A DNA stretch of 64,000 nucleotides, from the NCBI GenBank assembly GCA_947454735.1, contig CANGLK010000003.1, forward strand, positions 9,138 to 73,137, given 5' to 3'. The first letter of the stretch is position 1; every line of letters begins with the position of its first letter. This document shows, piece after piece, positions 40,382 through 52,555 of the stretch. The notes below the pieces were generated by a model. It saw nothing but the letters and a program-made list of their open reading frames with translations, did not search any database and had not been told where the DNA came from. The position numbers and the translations under genes are program-made. This DNA is from Candidatus Nanopelagicaceae bacterium (lineage in GTDB: Bacteria; Actinomycetota; Actinomycetes; Nanopelagicales; Nanopelagicaceae).

Positions 40382-41578
40382 TTAGCCTAACTTATTACTG
40401 TATTTGATTGCCTGATTGATAAGGGAGTGTGCCAATTTTTCCTTTGAAATATCGGTGAAACTTTCAAGTAAACCGTTTTTATCGATGATCGAGCCAGATG
40501 TTGCGCTCTCACCAAAGATTGCTCCACCGGAGACATTATTGAGATAAATCACATCAGCGCCCTTGCGCTCCATCTTCTCTTGCGCCAGTTCAACTGAATC
40601 TAAATCAGTCTCGGCAGCAAAAGCGACGATAACTTGTTGCAATTTATTTGCACATAAGGTGGCTAAAACATCCTCATTCTCAACAAGTTCAATCGATGTA
40701 AAGAGCGACTTCTTGATCTTCTCGTTCGCAACTGAAGATGGTCGTGCATCAGATACCGCAGCAGCCATGAAGAGGTAATCAGTCTCTGAGAATTTCTGCG
40801 CCAGTGCCGAAGAGAGCTCTTTAACAGATTCCACATTGATTCGATTGATTCGCGGATTTGTCGGTAGCGAACTATTTGCAATAACGAGTGAAACATCAGC
40901 TCCGCGAGCTAGAGCCGCCTCTGCAATCGCAATCCCTTGCTTGCCGGTTGAGCGATTTCCGATATATCTCACGGGATCGATCGCTTCACGTGTACCACCT
41001 GCAGAAATCAAAACTTTCTTTCCGGTGAGGTCCTGTGGAAGAAATACGCTCTGATGCAACTGAGCAAGAATTTCGGAGGTTTCAGGAAAACGCCCCTTAC
41101 CAACATCTCCGCTAGTGAGAGCTCCTTCTGCTGGCTCCATAACGAAATAGCCACGAGCCCGAAGGGTCTCAACATTCGCCTGGGTGGCTTTGTTAAACCA
41201 CATCGCTGGATGCATTGCAGGGACGATGAAGATGGGTCCTTCACTCGCCAAGACGACGTTAGTCAAAAGGTCATCTGCACGACCTGCTGCAATACGTGCA
41301 ATCAAATCTGCCGTTGCGGGTGCAATCACTATTGCCTCTGCTAAACGAGCGAGTGAGACATGTCGGACTTGATCTACAGATTCAAAGACGCTGGTCGTTA
41401 CCTCACGCCCAGAGAGCGCCTCCCAGGTTGCTGACCCAACGAAGTTCAGGCTGGAAGGCGTCGGAACCACGGTCACTGCAAAACCTAAATCCTGCATTCG
41501 GCGCAGGAGATCACATGCCTTATAAGCAGCGATGCCGCCTCCGACTCCGAGAATTACCTCGCGAGTTGGGGCGGCCAT
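40382..41578 (-). CDS. coaBC: Bifunctional CoaBC
   Basis: [45 protein letters not shown]. Confidence 0.95.
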   Translation of the reverse strand: MAAPTREVILGVGGGIAAYKACDLLRRMQDLGFAVTVVPTPSSLNFVGSATWEALSGREVTTSVFESVDQVRHVSLARLAEAIVIAPATADLIARIAAGRADDLLTNVVLASEGPIFIVPAMHPAMWFNKATQANVETLRARGYFVMEPAEGALTSGDVGKGRFPETSEILAQLHQSVFLPQDLTGKKVLISAGGTREAIDPVRYIGNRSTGKQGIAIAEAALARGADVSLVIANSSLPTNPRINRINVESVKELSSALAQKFSETDYLFMAAAVSDARPSSVANEKIKKSLFTSIELVENEDVLATLCANKLQQVIVAFAAETDLDSVELAQEKMERKGADVIYLNNVSGGAIFGESATSGSIIDKNGLLESFTDISKEKLAHSLINQAIKYSNKLG

Positions 41579-41603
41579 AGCTTCTTTAGTAAATTAAAAA
41601 GTA

Positions 41604-41864
41604 TTAAGCGTTTGTCTCAAGATTTTCGATGGTCAAGAGACCTTCGTTAATTTCACGGAGCGCGATAGAAAGTGGCTTCTCGTGAACGTATGTATCCACT
41701 AGTGGACCAACATATTCAAGAAGACCTTCATTGAGCTGTGAATAGTAAGCATTGATCTGACGAGCACGCTTAGCTGCATAGAGAACGAGTGCGTACTTTG
41801 AACCGCTCTTATCGAGAAGTTCGTCGATAGGTGGATTTGTGATGCCGTCGACGTGTCCGCTCAT
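41604..41864 (-). CDS. rpoZ: RNA polymerase omega subunit
   Basis: [36 protein letters not shown]; ATG after AAGGAG. Confidence 0.96.
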   Translation of the reverse strand: MSGHVDGITNPPIDELLDKSGSKYALVLYAAKRARQINAYYSQLNEGLLEYVGPLVDTYVHEKPLSIALREINEGLLTIENLETNA

Positions 41865-41900
41865 GGGGCTCTCCTTCAATAGACTTACAAAATTTAACTC

Positions 41901-42773
41901 TTACGAGGTTGCCAATCTTATCAGGGCTTCAACGACCTCGCTTACCTCAGTATTGATGATGACTGAGTCGAAGAATGAGGCGGCGGCGAGCTCTTCCTGA
42001 GCCAAAGCCAAGCGAGCAGCACGCCTCTCGGGTGAATCTGTTCCTCTTCCCTCTAGGCGGCTCACGAGCTCCTCCCATGAAGGCGGCTCGAGGAAGATGA
42101 GATGGGCCTCCCGGGAGTGTTCGCGGACTTGCTTAGCGCCAGCAATCTCAATTTCGAGGAGAACGTTGACACCAGATGCCAGAGCTTCTTCAACCGCTCT
42201 TCGTGGAGTTCCATAGCGGTTGCCGGCAAACTCTGCCCACTCTAGGAATTGATCCTCTGCTACCGCCTGATCAAAATCTTCATTGGTAAAGAAGAAGTAA
42301 TCAAATCCTGGCACTTCATTAAAACGTGGTTCGCGAGTTGTAGCTGAGATGCTGACCCAAAAACCGGGAACTTCGCGGAGCGCTTTCGCAACGGTGCTCT
42401 TACCGACTCCCCCAGGTCCTGAAAGTACGAGGAGACGTCCTCGCGGATCTGTTGATGGGATTTGAAACTCCTTTAATAGTGCCGCTCGTTGATGGCGACC
42501 AAGACCTTGAACGCGTCTAGTGGGAGAGATATCGAATCGCTCCATTAGCGCTTGGGCACGAATCTTGCCATATCCCGGAAGGGATTCGAGCAATTCCGCT
42601 ACCCGCATCTTTGCAAGAACCGGATTACCTTCAGCAAGTGTTAGAAATTGCGGAAGTGAGATAACGCCTCGATGAATCTCGCCTTTTACTTGTGCTCGCT
42701 CTTGGCGTGAATTTTTAGCGATTTCGAGAGCGCGCGCCCGTTCCTCAGCGGATAACTGTGGAGGAAGAGCCAT
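41901..42773 (-). CDS. gmk: Fusion: actinobacterial integration host factor (mIHF, about aa 1-103) plus guanylate kinase (about aa 111-290)
   Basis: N-term MALP.L..EER..AL...KMRV..LLESLPG.GK.RA...RRVQGLG (mIHF); C-term SGPGGVGKST, SATTR.PR, DYFF, FLEWAE..GNRYGT; single ORF. Confidence 0.92.
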   Translation of the reverse strand: MALPPQLSAEERARALEIAKNSRQERAQVKGEIHRGVISLPQFLTLAEGNPVLAKMRVAELLESLPGYGKIRAQALMERFDISPTRRVQGLGRHQRAALLKEFQIPSTDPRGRLLVLSGPGGVGKSTVAKALREVPGFWVSISATTREPRFNEVPGFDYFFFTNEDFDQAVAEDQFLEWAEFAGNRYGTPRRAVEEALASGVNVLLEIEIAGAKQVREHSREAHLIFLEPPSWEELVSRLEGRGTDSPERRAARLALAQEELAAASFFDSVIINTEVSEVVEALIRLATS

Positions 42774-42782
42774 GGTCTGATT

Positions 42783-43484
42783 CTATCCGGCAATCTCCGC
42801 CGCGATTGCCTTTGCGGCATCGCTCATCGCTTCCGGACCTTTACTCCATGCGCCAGTAATTGGTCGCCCAATCACAACAAAGTTTGCACCTGCTGCGATT
42901 GCATCGCGCGGAGTCATTGTTCGGACTTGATCGTCGCTACCAGCAGAACCTGCCGGGCGTACGCCAGGGGTAATAATGATTGGGTCGTCACCTACGCTGC
43001 TACGAATTGCAGAAATTTCAAGTGGAGAAGAGACAATCGCCTTCGCTCCGGCGCGAACTGCGAGATCAGCTAGTGCAACCGCGCTCTCCAGTGCAGGATT
43101 GGCGAAACCTATCTCGAAGAGATCTTCTTCAGATAGTGAAGTCAGAACGGTGACCGCAGTGACATCGACACCGGGAAGTGAGTCAACCGCTGCCTTGATC
43201 ATCGCATGGCCACCAGAGGCATGTACTGTGAGAAATCGCGGAGCAATGTGTGAGACCGCTGATGCAGCCATTCCAACAGTGTTGGGAATATCGTGAAGTT
43301 TGAGATCGAGGAAGATATCAACGCCATGTTCGCTCTTAATCTTATTAACGCCTTCTGCGCCAAAGGTCAGGAAGAACTCAAGTCCTAACTTGTAGACAGA
43401 GACGCTCTCACGTGTCGCCTCTATCCAACGTTGGGCAGTTTCGAAATCCTTCGTATCAACTGCAAGGATGATTGGTGCGGTCAT
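42783..43484 (-). CDS. pyrF: Orotidine-5'-phosphate decarboxylase
   Basis: FLDLKLHDIPNT, TVHASGG, TPGVR, DDQ.R, VIGRPI. Confidence 0.96.
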   Translation of the reverse strand: MTAPIILAVDTKDFETAQRWIEATRESVSVYKLGLEFFLTFGAEGVNKIKSEHGVDIFLDLKLHDIPNTVGMAASAVSHIAPRFLTVHASGGHAMIKAAVDSLPGVDVTAVTVLTSLSEEDLFEIGFANPALESAVALADLAVRAGAKAIVSSPLEISAIRSSVGDDPIIITPGVRPAGSAGSDDQVRTMTPRDAIAAGANFVVIGRPITGAWSKGPEAMSDAAKAIAAEIAG

Positions 43485-43496
43485 CGTAGGCCTCTC

Positions 43497-44426
43497 TTAT
43501 CGGTGGGCATAGCCGATCGCCTGCTTCAACGAGGTAAAGCCACGTTGCGCAAGGAGATCGCGGAGTTCATCTTGAATCGAAATAAGTGCAGTGGGATTTC
43601 CAAAGCTCGCTGTACCGACAGATACACCTGATGCACCAGCGAGAATCATTTCTAACGCATCGCGTCCAGTTGATACTCCACCCATTCCTAGAATGGGAAG
43701 GTCAGGTAGCGCTTCATGGACTTGATAGATGGCACGTACCGCCACTGGGCGAATAGCAGGACCTGAAAGACCGCCAGTCTTACCACCGAGATGTGGCTTC
43801 ATCGTGTCGAGGTTAATCACCATACCGAGAACGGTATTGATAAGAGCGACGCCATCTGCTCCGGCATCTGCAACTGACTTTGCTACAGCGGAAATATTGG
43901 TCACATCTGGCGTTAGCTTTGCGATGATAGGAATCTCTCCACCGATTACTTTGCGAACGCCTTCAATGACGCGCGCTGATGTGTCGCAATCGGTTGCAAA
44001 GACAAGGCCACGATTTTCAACATTGGGGCAAGAGATATTTACCTCAACAGCTGAGATTCCAGAGGTAGAGCGAATCTTTCGTGCGAGCACTGCATATTCA
44101 TCAATCGTCTCCCCCGCAATCGAGACAATAACGCGAGAACCTTGAGAGAGAAGCCACGGAACATCGTTAGCGAGAAATGCATCAATACCTGGCCCTTGTA
44201 AGCCAATAGAGTTAAGCATTCCTGATGGCGTCTCAGCCATTCGCGGAGTTGGTCGTCCATGGCGAGGCTTGTTCATCACTGATTTTGTAACAACTGCCCC
44301 GATATCCTTCAATGGGAAGAATTGAGCGAGCTCTTTACCGCTGCTAGCGCAACCACTTGCAGTGAAGACGGGTGAAGGGAACCAGGCATTTCCTAAAGTT
44401 GTCGATAGATCAACGGCAGCGCTCAT
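43497..44426 (-). CDS. pyrD: Dihydroorotate dehydrogenase family 1B catalytic subunit
   Basis: TASG, NSIGLQGPG, VNISCPN, KLTP, INT, GGLSGP. Confidence 0.94.
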   Translation of the reverse strand: MSAAVDLSTTLGNAWFPSPVFTASGCASSGKELAQFFPLKDIGAVVTKSVMNKPRHGRPTPRMAETPSGMLNSIGLQGPGIDAFLANDVPWLLSQGSRVIVSIAGETIDEYAVLARKIRSTSGISAVEVNISCPNVENRGLVFATDCDTSARVIEGVRKVIGGEIPIIAKLTPDVTNISAVAKSVADAGADGVALINTVLGMVINLDTMKPHLGGKTGGLSGPAIRPVAVRAIYQVHEALPDLPILGMGGVSTGRDALEMILAGASGVSVGTASFGNPTALISIQDELRDLLAQRGFTSLKQAIGYAHR

Positions 44427-45272
44427 TTAGAAGCCCTCCGTACTCTTGCCAACAAGATCCCAGCAAACTGAAGATCCATCCATTACTGGCCCATCAATAC
44501 ATGAACGCTTCATCGAGATAGAGCCATCTTCACCCTTCACAGGCAAGACACAGGTCATGCAGATTCCGATTCCGCAGGCCATCGACTCTTCTACAGAGGC
44601 TTGATGAATCACGCCATGCTGATCTGCAATCTCAGTAATCGCCTTCAACATCGCCATAGGGCCACATGAATAAATAATTTCAATCTCTCGTTCGGCGATG
44701 ATTGCATCGAGTTGCGAAGTCACGCGCCCCATCTCACCCATAGACCCATCTTCTGTAAAGATCTTTAGCGAGTTAACAGAGCGCTTTCCTTCCATAGGGG
44801 CGTAGATCTTGCTCCCATTACTTGCACCAAGAACCATATCGACCTTGCAGCCACGACTCTTTAAGAGATCGGCAAGACCGAAGAGCGGTGCAGATCCATA
44901 TCCGCCACCAATAAGAAGTGCATTTGCTGGCTCTGTTGGAATACCGAAGGCGCGCCCGAGCGGAGTAATGACGTTAGCTTCTGCTCCCTCGCCTTGGGCA
45001 CAGAGCCATTTCGAACCAGAGCCATGTGGAGCCACGATAAGTTCTACCGTTCCCCCAAATTGAGCGCTCTCTGAAGTTCGAGAGATAGCAAAAGCTCGAC
45101 GGAGAACCATGCGCGATGAATCACCGCCCACCTGAATCGCAATGAAGTTTCCAGGCTTGCAATGTCGAACTGCTTCACCGACGCTCAAAATAATCTGGTG
45201 ATAAGCACCGATTCTCTTATTCGAAATTATCGTTGCATCTACTTGTGTAGCGGCTTTATTGATTGTGCTCAT
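44427..45272 (-). CDS. pyrK: Dihydroorotate dehydrogenase electron transfer subunit
   Basis: PLG..F, GGG.G.APL, CGP..M, EESMACG.G.C..C, C.DGPV 2Fe-2S motif; ATGA overlap with carB. Confidence 0.9.
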   Translation of the reverse strand: MSTINKAATQVDATIISNKRIGAYHQIILSVGEAVRHCKPGNFIAIQVGGDSSRMVLRRAFAISRTSESAQFGGTVELIVAPHGSGSKWLCAQGEGAEANVITPLGRAFGIPTEPANALLIGGGYGSAPLFGLADLLKSRGCKVDMVLGASNGSKIYAPMEGKRSVNSLKIFTEDGSMGEMGRVTSQLDAIIAEREIEIIYSCGPMAMLKAITEIADQHGVIHQASVEESMACGIGICMTCVLPVKGEDGSISMKRSCIDGPVMDGSSVCWDLVGKSTEGF

Positions 45273-48200
45273 GCAAGCCACTCTTGAATCGACTTAACCC
45301 CGAGCTCACCTTGGCGAAGAACCTTTATCCCTTCAACTGCTGCGTTAAATCCTGGATTTGTAGTAATAATCGGAATGCTCCGTTGAACAGATGCAGTACG
45401 AATAGCCCAACCATCTGCACGAGTTCCGCGTCCTACTGGAGTATTGATGACAAGATCAATCTCTCCCGAGTTGAGAATATCGACGATTGTTGGCTCGCCC
45501 AGCGGTCCACGACCCTCTGAATTCTTTCGCACCTGAGAAGTAACAACTCCGTTCTCTAACATGAAACGTGCTGTTCCTTCGGTAGTAAGAACCTTAAATC
45601 CCATATCGACAAGGGCACGCGCTGCATCGATTCCCGCGCTCTTATCCTTATCGGCGAGTGAGATAAATACCGTTCCGCTCTTTGGTAGTGGTCCAAATGA
45701 GCTGATCTGGCTCTTTGCATATGCTCCACCAAAGCTGGCAGAGATTCCCATAACTTCACCAGTCGAACGCATCTCTGGTCCAAGTACAGCATCGACGCCA
45801 CGACCATCCGTGCGACGGAAGCGATTCCAAGGTAGGACAGCTTCCTTAACACTGATTCCGCGAGGAACCTCAGCATCTGATTGAGGTAATAGGCCCTCAC
45901 TCTTGAGCTCTGCGATTGAAGTTCCAACTGAAATTCTAGCTGCTGCCTTTGCAAGTGGAACACCTGTTGCCTTACTTACAAATGGAACGGTACGTGATGC
46001 ACGTGGATTTGCTTCAAGTACATAGAGAATATTTCCAGCCATCGCGAATTGAATATTGATCAATCCACGAACGCCAACACCTTCAGCGATCGCAAGAGTT
46101 GCGCGACGTACTTCTTCACGTGAACTATCTGAGATAGTCATTGCCGGAAGCACACAGGCAGAGTCACCAGAGTGAATTCCCGCCTCTTCAATATGCTCCA
46201 TGATTCCACCGAGGAATAACTCAGTGCCATCATAGAGAGCATCAACATCGAGCTCGATAGCTGAATCTAAGAAACGATCAACAAGTACAGGATGATCGGG
46301 GGTGATATCAGTTGCTCGAGTAATAAAGCCGGAGAGTGATTGATCGTCATAGACAATCTCCATACCGCGACCACCGAGAACGAAGGATGGACGGACAAGT
46401 ACCGGATAGCCAATGCGTTGTGCAATTGAAATCGCTTCGGCCTCTGATGATGCCATTCCGAATTCAGGCGCTGTCAGATTCTTAGACTTAAGAACTTCAC
46501 CAAAAGCGCCGCGCTCTTCAGCGAGGTTGATCGCATCGGGACTTGTTCCGAGAATTGTTACTCCTGCAGCTTTGAGACCTGCGGCAAGACCTAGCGGTGT
46601 CTGGCCACCTAACTGCGTAATGACGCCAAGCACAGGACCTGCGAGGGTCTCTGCATGAATAACTTCAAGTACATCTTCCAGTGTGAGCGGCTCGAAGTAG
46701 AGACGATCGCTGGTGTCATAATCGGTTGAGACTGTCTCCGGATTGCAATTGATCATGATCGTCTCGTAATTGGCCTCACGAAGTGTGAAGGCGGCATGGA
46801 CACATGAATAATCGAATTCGATACCTTGGCCGATGCGATTTGGTCCTGAACCCAAGATAATCACCGCAGGTTTCGTGCGAGTACGTACCTCGGTCTCTTC
46901 CTCGTAACTTGAGTAGTGATAAGGAGTATGTGCTTCAAACTCGGCGGCACAGGTATCGACAGTTTTATAGACAGGATGGAGGTCTAGGTGGTGACGGGCT
47001 TTGCGAACATCTTCCTCTGAAACTCCTCGCAATTCACCAATCTGCTTATCTGAGAAACCAAATGACTTGGCAAACTTCAAGCTATCAAAGGTCATCTCAC
47101 CCGGTTGTGCAATCTCACGCGCTGCATCGTTGATCTCTTGAAGTTGCTTGAGATACCAACGATCAATCTTTGTTGATGCAAAGACATCTTCAATGTCAGC
47201 ACCTGCCCACAGTGCACGATGAACCTGCTGAAGGCGGTACTCGGTAGGTGCCTTCATCGCTTCAAGGAGCTCTGGAATATTGATCATTGAGGTATCGGAT
47301 GGGAAGGCGAAGATTGCCTCCTTGCGCTCAAGTGAACGAAGAGCCTTCATGAGAGCTTCAGGGAAAGAGCGGCCAATAGCCATCGCTTCACCAACGCTCT
47401 TCATCGTTGTCGTAAGTCGAGGATCTGCATCGGCAAACTTCTCAAATGCAAAGCGTGGCGCCTTTACGACGATGTAATCGAGGGTTGGCTCAAATGATGC
47501 AGGCGTTACCTGAGTGATGTCATTTTTGATTTCATCGAGCGTATAACCAATTGCGAGCTTCGTTGCAATCTTTGCAATCGGAAAGCCAGTCGCCTTTGAT
47601 GCAAGAGCTGATGAACGAGAGACTCTTGGATTCATCTCAATGACAATAATGCGTCCGGTATCAGGATTTACAGCGAATTGGATATTGCATCCACCGGTAT
47701 CAACGCCCACCTCACGGATGATGGAGATCGAAAGATTACGCAGTTTCTGATATTCAACATCGGTAAGAGTGAGCGCTGGCGCAACGGTTATCGAATCACC
47801 GGTGTGAACGCCCATCGGATCGATATTCTCGATTGAACATACGATGACCACGTTATCAACGCGATCGCGCATGACTTCGAGCTCGTACTCTTTCCAGCCG
47901 ATGATCGATTCCTCAATGAGAACCTCAGATGTTGGTGAGTGACGAAGACCAGCTCCCGCAATCTGGCGCAGAGTCTCTTCATCGTAAGCAATTCCAGAGC
48001 CGAGCCCACCCATGGTAAATGATGGGCGAATAACGCAGGGATAGTTCAATTGGGCAGCTGCCTGAAGGACTTCATCCATGGTGTGACAGATAATCGACTT
48101 TGCCGACTCTCCCCCAACCTTCTCAACGATTGCTCTGAAGAGCTCGCGGTTTTCGCCGCGATTAATCGCATCCACATCAGCACCGATAAGTTTTACATTG

Positions 48201-48532
48201 TGGCGTTCTAAGATTCCTGCCTCGAACATGCCGATAGCTGCATTGAGCGCAGTCTGACCGCCGAGCGTTGCAAGAACTGCATCAGGTCGTTCCTCGATGA
48301 TTATTCGTTCAATAAATTCAGGGGTAATTGGTTCGATGTACGTTGCATCAGCAAATTCTGGATCGGTCATGATTGTTGCTGGATTGGAATTTACGAGAAT
48401 TACTCGAATACCTTCAGCTTTGAGTACTCGACAAGCTTGAGTGCCTGAGTAATCGAATTCGCAAGCCTGGCCAATAACAATTGGACCAGAACCAATAACA
48501 AGTACGCTCTTAATTGTTGTGTCGAGAGCCAT
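45269..48532 (-). CDS. carB: Carbamoyl-phosphate synthase large subunit
   Basis: [47 protein letters not shown]. Confidence 0.98.
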   Translation of the reverse strand: MALDTTIKSVLVIGSGPIVIGQACEFDYSGTQACRVLKAEGIRVILVNSNPATIMTDPEFADATYIEPITPEFIERIIIEERPDAVLATLGGQTALNAAIGMFEAGILERHNVKLIGADVDAINRGENRELFRAIVEKVGGESAKSIICHTMDEVLQAAAQLNYPCVIRPSFTMGGLGSGIAYDEETLRQIAGAGLRHSPTSEVLIEESIIGWKEYELEVMRDRVDNVVIVCSIENIDPMGVHTGDSITVAPALTLTDVEYQKLRNLSISIIREVGVDTGGCNIQFAVNPDTGRIIVIEMNPRVSRSSALASKATGFPIAKIATKLAIGYTLDEIKNDITQVTPASFEPTLDYIVVKAPRFAFEKFADADPRLTTTMKSVGEAMAIGRSFPEALMKALRSLERKEAIFAFPSDTSMINIPELLEAMKAPTEYRLQQVHRALWAGADIEDVFASTKIDRWYLKQLQEINDAAREIAQPGEMTFDSLKFAKSFGFSDKQIGELRGVSEEDVRKARHHLDLHPVYKTVDTCAAEFEAHTPYHYSSYEEETEVRTRTKPAVIILGSGPNRIGQGIEFDYSCVHAAFTLREANYETIMINCNPETVSTDYDTSDRLYFEPLTLEDVLEVIHAETLAGPVLGVITQLGGQTPLGLAAGLKAAGVTILGTSPDAINLAEERGAFGEVLKSKNLTAPEFGMASSEAEAISIAQRIGYPVLVRPSFVLGGRGMEIVYDDQSLSGFITRATDITPDHPVLVDRFLDSAIELDVDALYDGTELFLGGIMEHIEEAGIHSGDSACVLPAMTISDSSREEVRRATLAIAEGVGVRGLINIQFAMAGNILYVLEANPRASRTVPFVSKATGVPLAKAAARISVGTSIAELKSEGLLPQSDAEVPRGISVKEAVLPWNRFRRTDGRGVDAVLGPEMRSTGEVMGISASFGGAYAKSQISSFGPLPKSGTVFISLADKDKSAGIDAARALVDMGFKVLTTEGTARFMLENGVVTSQVRKNSEGRGPLGEPTIVDILNSGEIDLVINTPVGRGTRADGWAIRTASVQRSIPIITTNPGFNAAVEGIKVLRQGELGVKSIQEWLA

Positions 48533-49659
48533 TATGCGCTCACCGCCTTTCGTGGGTACTTCTCCATTAAGGCAACGAATCGATCAAAGAGATAACTTGC
48601 ATCATGTGGGCCAGCTGCAGCTTCTGGATGGTACTGAACGCTAAATGCCCCGCGCTCAAGAAGTTCAAGGCCTTCGACTACTCCATCGTTGAGACAGATA
48701 TGAGTTACATGGCCGGGACCAAAGACTGTTGAGAAGACGGAATCTGTTGGAGCCTTGAGTGCAAAGCCATGGTTGTGTGCTGTGATCTCGACCTTTCCGG
48801 TCTTGCGATCGAGAACTGGCTGATTGATTCCACGGTGGCCGAATTGCAACTTGTAGGTCTCAAAACCTAAAGCTCTTCCGAGAATCTGGTGACCGAAACA
48901 GATTCCGAACACCGGAATTTCCTCAATGAGAATATCGCGAACGAGCGAGACAGTATCTGTCATCGTTGCTGGATCTCCTGGACCGTTCGATAGAAATACA
49001 CCATCAGGCTTATAGGCGAGAATCTCTTCAAGGTTTGAATTGTATGGAAGTACATGAACTTCAATGCCGCGCTCTGCCATATTGCGAGGGGTTGCAGCCT
49101 TGATGCCGAGGTCCAGTGCAACAACAGTGAACTTCTTCTCTCCAATAGCTGGAACGAGATAAGGAACATCAGTTGAAACATCTCCACAGAGATATGCCCC
49201 TGACATTGGGCTCTGCTTTCGAACCTCAATCACCATTTCTTCACGAGTAAGTTCTGTATCAGAGAATATGCCTACTCGCATCGCTCCACGATCGCGAAGG
49301 TGTCGTGTAATAGCTCGAGTATCGACACCTGAAATTCCGACGACTCCTTGGCGAATGAGCTCTTCCTCTAGGTCAGAGGTACTGCGCCAATTGCTCGTGA
49401 TCGTAGAAGGGTTGCGAACAACGAAACCCGCCACCCAAATCTTTGAGGATTCATTATCTTCAAGGTTGATTCCGGTATTGCCAATATGTGGAGCTGTCAT
49501 TACTACAACCTGGCGATGGTAAGAAGGATCAGTAAGGGTCTCTTGATAACCGGTCATGCCAGTCTGGAAAACAGCCTCACCAAAGGTCTTACCGAGGGCG
49601 CCCCAAGAGCGTCCTTCAAAGATTCGTCCATCGTCGAGGACTAGATATGCCTTACTCAT
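48532..49659 (-). CDS. carA: Carbamoyl-phosphate synthase small subunit
   Basis: [33 protein letters not shown]. Confidence 0.97.
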   Translation of the reverse strand: MSKAYLVLDDGRIFEGRSWGALGKTFGEAVFQTGMTGYQETLTDPSYHRQVVVMTAPHIGNTGINLEDNESSKIWVAGFVVRNPSTITSNWRSTSDLEEELIRQGVVGISGVDTRAITRHLRDRGAMRVGIFSDTELTREEMVIEVRKQSPMSGAYLCGDVSTDVPYLVPAIGEKKFTVVALDLGIKAATPRNMAERGIEVHVLPYNSNLEEILAYKPDGVFLSNGPGDPATMTDTVSLVRDILIEEIPVFGICFGHQILGRALGFETYKLQFGHRGINQPVLDRKTGKVEITAHNHGFALKAPTDSVFSTVFGPGHVTHICLNDGVVEGLELLERGAFSVQYHPEAAAGPHDASYLFDRFVALMEKYPRKAVSA

Positions 49660-50942
49660 TAAATACCGACCTTATGTGTGAGGTGTCCATTAAATACAGT
49701 GGCGAGCACGGTTCCTTGGAACTCCATGCCGTGGAAAGGTGTGTTCTTGCTCTTAGAGGCTAATTGAGCGCGATCGACGACCATCTTCCCTGCGGGATTA
49801 ACGATTGCGATATGAGCTGGAACACCTACTGCAAGCTCCTGCCCGTGGAAGGCATAACCAGCTATCGCAGCTGGGGCAATGCTCATCACCTGAGCTGCTC
49901 GCTGCCAAGACATTCTTCGTGTAGCAATCAGTGTTGAGTAGAGAATTGGAAATGCAGTTTCGAGGCCGACCATTCCAAAGGCTGCGGTCTGCCATTCGCA
50001 CTCTTTACTCTCAACCGGGTGCGGCGCATGATCAGTTCCGACGATATCGATAGTGCCATCGACTAAAGCTTCGCGGAGCGCTTCGACATCGCTCTGAGTA
50101 CGGAGAGGCGGATTTACCTTATAGATTGGATCGTAACTTTCAGCGAGCTCATCTGTAAGTAGTAAGTGATGGGGCGTTACTTCAGCGGTAACTTTCATGC
50201 CCTGCGACTTTGCCCATCGGATAATCTCTACGCCGCCTCGAGTTGTCACGTGACAGATATGAAGTCGAGATCCGACCATATTTGCAAGCAAGATATCTCG
50301 GGCGATTATTGATTCTTCGGCAACAGCAGGCCAACCTTTTAATCCGAGCGTTGAGGCAATCACTCCTTCATTCATCTGAGAACCTTCAGTCAGACGCGGA
50401 TCTTGTGCATGTTGTGCAATAACACCATCGAATTGCTTTACATATTCGAGAGCGCGACGCATGAGCAAAGGATCAGAGATGCAATTACCGTCATCGCTAA
50501 AGACTCGTACCTTCGCCTCTGAGTGTGCCATCGAACCAAGATCGGCAAGTTCATGACCTTCGAGGCCTTTTGTGACAGCGCCAATAGGAAATACATCAAC
50601 AAGTCCGACGCGCTTTCCTATCGCAGCTACCTGCTCAACTATTGCGGCTGTATCTGCAACTGGAAGAGTGTTGGCCATTGCGCTGACCGCGACATAACCG
50701 CCACGAGCTGCTGCAAGGGAACCTGTAGCAATAGTCTCGGAATTCTCACGACCTGGCTCACGAAGATGTGTATGAAGATCGACAAAACCTGGGAGAAGTA
50801 CACAACCATTGGCATCGACTACTTCATCAGCGCCCGATGTAATCGAAGGTGCTATCTCAACTATATGGCCATCGCGAATCAGGAGATCACGTACGTCGCC
50901 ACCGAGGATAGAACCACCCTTAATAAGTAGTGAGTTAGACAT
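49659..50942 (-). CDS. pyrC: Dihydroorotase
   Basis: [31 protein letters not shown]; ATG 50942 after AGGAG. Confidence 0.95.
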   Translation of the reverse strand: MSNSLLIKGGSILGGDVRDLLIRDGHIVEIAPSITSGADEVVDANGCVLLPGFVDLHTHLREPGRENSETIATGSLAAARGGYVAVSAMANTLPVADTAAIVEQVAAIGKRVGLVDVFPIGAVTKGLEGHELADLGSMAHSEAKVRVFSDDGNCISDPLLMRRALEYVKQFDGVIAQHAQDPRLTEGSQMNEGVIASTLGLKGWPAVAEESIIARDILLANMVGSRLHICHVTTRGGVEIIRWAKSQGMKVTAEVTPHHLLLTDELAESYDPIYKVNPPLRTQSDVEALREALVDGTIDIVGTDHAPHPVESKECEWQTAAFGMVGLETAFPILYSTLIATRRMSWQRAAQVMSIAPAAIAGYAFHGQELAVGVPAHIAIVNPAGKMVVDRAQLASKSKNTPFHGMEFQGTVLATVFNGHLTHKVGI

Positions 50943-51879
50943 TGATTGACTCCTGACTTCCAGCGATAAAGAGATAGAGGATTGCCATACGAATTGAAAC
51001 TCCGTTTGCAACCTGCTCAACAACTACAGATTGTGGGCTATCAGCAGCTTCTGCGCTGATTTCAAGTCCACGATTCATTGGCCCTGGGTGCATCAGGATC
51101 GTTCCAGGCTTTGTCAGAGCCAACCGTTCTGCATCAATTCCAAAGAGTGACGAGTACTCGCGCTCAGATGGGAAGTAGAGATCGCTCATTCTCTCCTGTT
51201 GAATGCGCAACATAATTACTGCATCGACTGTCGGAAGGACTGCGTTGAAATCATGCGAGACAGTTACCTTCCATGATTCAACTTGATATGGAAGAAGAGT
51301 TGGTGGCGCAACCAGTACAACAGTTGCACCCAACTTATTCAGAAGCAATACATTCGAACGTGCAACTCGCGAATGGAGAATATCTCCCACGATCGCGACT
51401 CGAACATCTGATAGATCACCCTTGCCATCCTTGAGATGCTTACGAATTGTGTATGCGTCAAGAAGAGCTTGGCTTGGATGCTCATGTGTTCCATCGCCCG
51501 CATTAATAACGGTTCCATTCATCCAACGACCCTGTGCGAGTCGATGTGCAGCTCCTGATGCAGGATGGCGAATGATGACCGCATCGGCACCGAGGGCCTG
51601 AAGAGTCTGGGCAGTATCTTTAAGAGATTCGCCCTTACTGATGCTTGATCCCTTTGCGGTGAAGTTGATGACATCTGCGGAGAGGCGCTTTGCAGCAGCC
51701 TCAAAGGAGATTCGGGTACGTGTTGAATCTTCTGCGAAAAGATTTACAACTGTTTTGCCGCGAAGTGTTGGAAGCTTCTTAACGGGCCCTTCAGATACGC
51801 GAGCCATTTCTGCTGCTGTATCGAGAATAGTGATTGCAAAATCTTTATCGATATCGTTGATTGAAAGTAAGTGCTTCAT
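50935..51879 (-). CDS. pyrB: Aspartate carbamoyltransferase
   Basis: [34 protein letters not shown]. Confidence 0.97.
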   Translation of the reverse strand: MKHLLSINDIDKDFAITILDTAAEMARVSEGPVKKLPTLRGKTVVNLFAEDSTRTRISFEAAAKRLSADVINFTAKGSSISKGESLKDTAQTLQALGADAVIIRHPASGAAHRLAQGRWMNGTVINAGDGTHEHPSQALLDAYTIRKHLKDGKGDLSDVRVAIVGDILHSRVARSNVLLLNKLGATVVLVAPPTLLPYQVESWKVTVSHDFNAVLPTVDAVIMLRIQQERMSDLYFPSEREYSSLFGIDAERLALTKPGTILMHPGPMNRGLEISAEAADSPQSVVVEQVANGVSIRMAILYLFIAGSQESINV

Positions 51880-52409
51880 GCGCTCTCCCCCTCGATACGA
51901 ACCTCATCTGAACCATCATGCTCAGTCAAGGTTACCTTCACGCTCTGGCTCTTAGAAGTTGGAAGGTTCTTGCCTACAAAATCTGCCTTGATAGGAAGTT
52001 CGCGATGGCCTCGATCGACGAGAACTGCCAATTGCACTCGCTCTGGACGACCGATCTCACCGATGGCATCAAGTGCCGAACGAATAGTTCGACCAGAGAA
52101 GAGAACATCGTCGACCAGAACTACTGTTCGCCCTTCGACTCCCAGTGAAGGAATAACTGTCTCCATCAAGGGGCGAGGGGCACGCATCCGCAAGTCATCG
52201 CGATGCAGGGTGATATCAAGCGTTCCTACCTGAACCGGAACACCTTCTATTCCCTCAATAATCTTCGCTAAGCGATATGCGAGATGGGCGCCACGAGTGG
52301 GTATGCCAAGAATGGTGATATTTGTGGAATCGTTATTTCGCTCAAGAATCTCATGTGAGATCCGAGTCAATGCGCGAGAGATATCCCCGGCTGAAAGAGC
52401 AGCGCTCAT
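51876..52409 (-). CDS. pyrR: Pyrimidine operon regulator/uracil PRTase PyrR
   Basis: [45 protein letters not shown]. Confidence 0.96.
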   Translation of the reverse strand: MSAALSAGDISRALTRISHEILERNNDSTNITILGIPTRGAHLAYRLAKIIEGIEGVPVQVGTLDITLHRDDLRMRAPRPLMETVIPSLGVEGRTVVLVDDVLFSGRTIRSALDAIGEIGRPERVQLAVLVDRGHRELPIKADFVGKNLPTSKSQSVKVTLTEHDGSDEVRIEGESA

Positions 52410-52414
52410 GTACT

Positions 52415-52452
52415 TCTCCTTTCCTGCCTCTCTGGACAGGTTGTTAAAGGAA
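52415..52452 (-). promoter_or_regulatory. PyrR-binding RNA element overlapping the pyrR ribosome-binding site
   Basis: Minus strand CCTTTAACAACCTGTCCAGAGAGGCAGGAAAGGAG fits CUUUAA...GUCCNGNGAGGY...AAG; -10 TAAGGT at 52463-52468. Confidence 0.85.
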
Positions 52453-52555
52453 CGTTGGGCCTACCTTATCACCGAGATGGAGATACCTGTGGATTGGCTG
52501 CTCCTGCGCATGCGCCGGCTCAATACCCTTCTCGCCCACGAGCCTAGGAGTTGAA

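Noticed and set aside
52465-52555. BldD autoregulatory box
   Set aside because: Best match TCAC-N5-TGGA breaks the TCAC-N5-GTGA palindrome; not supportable.
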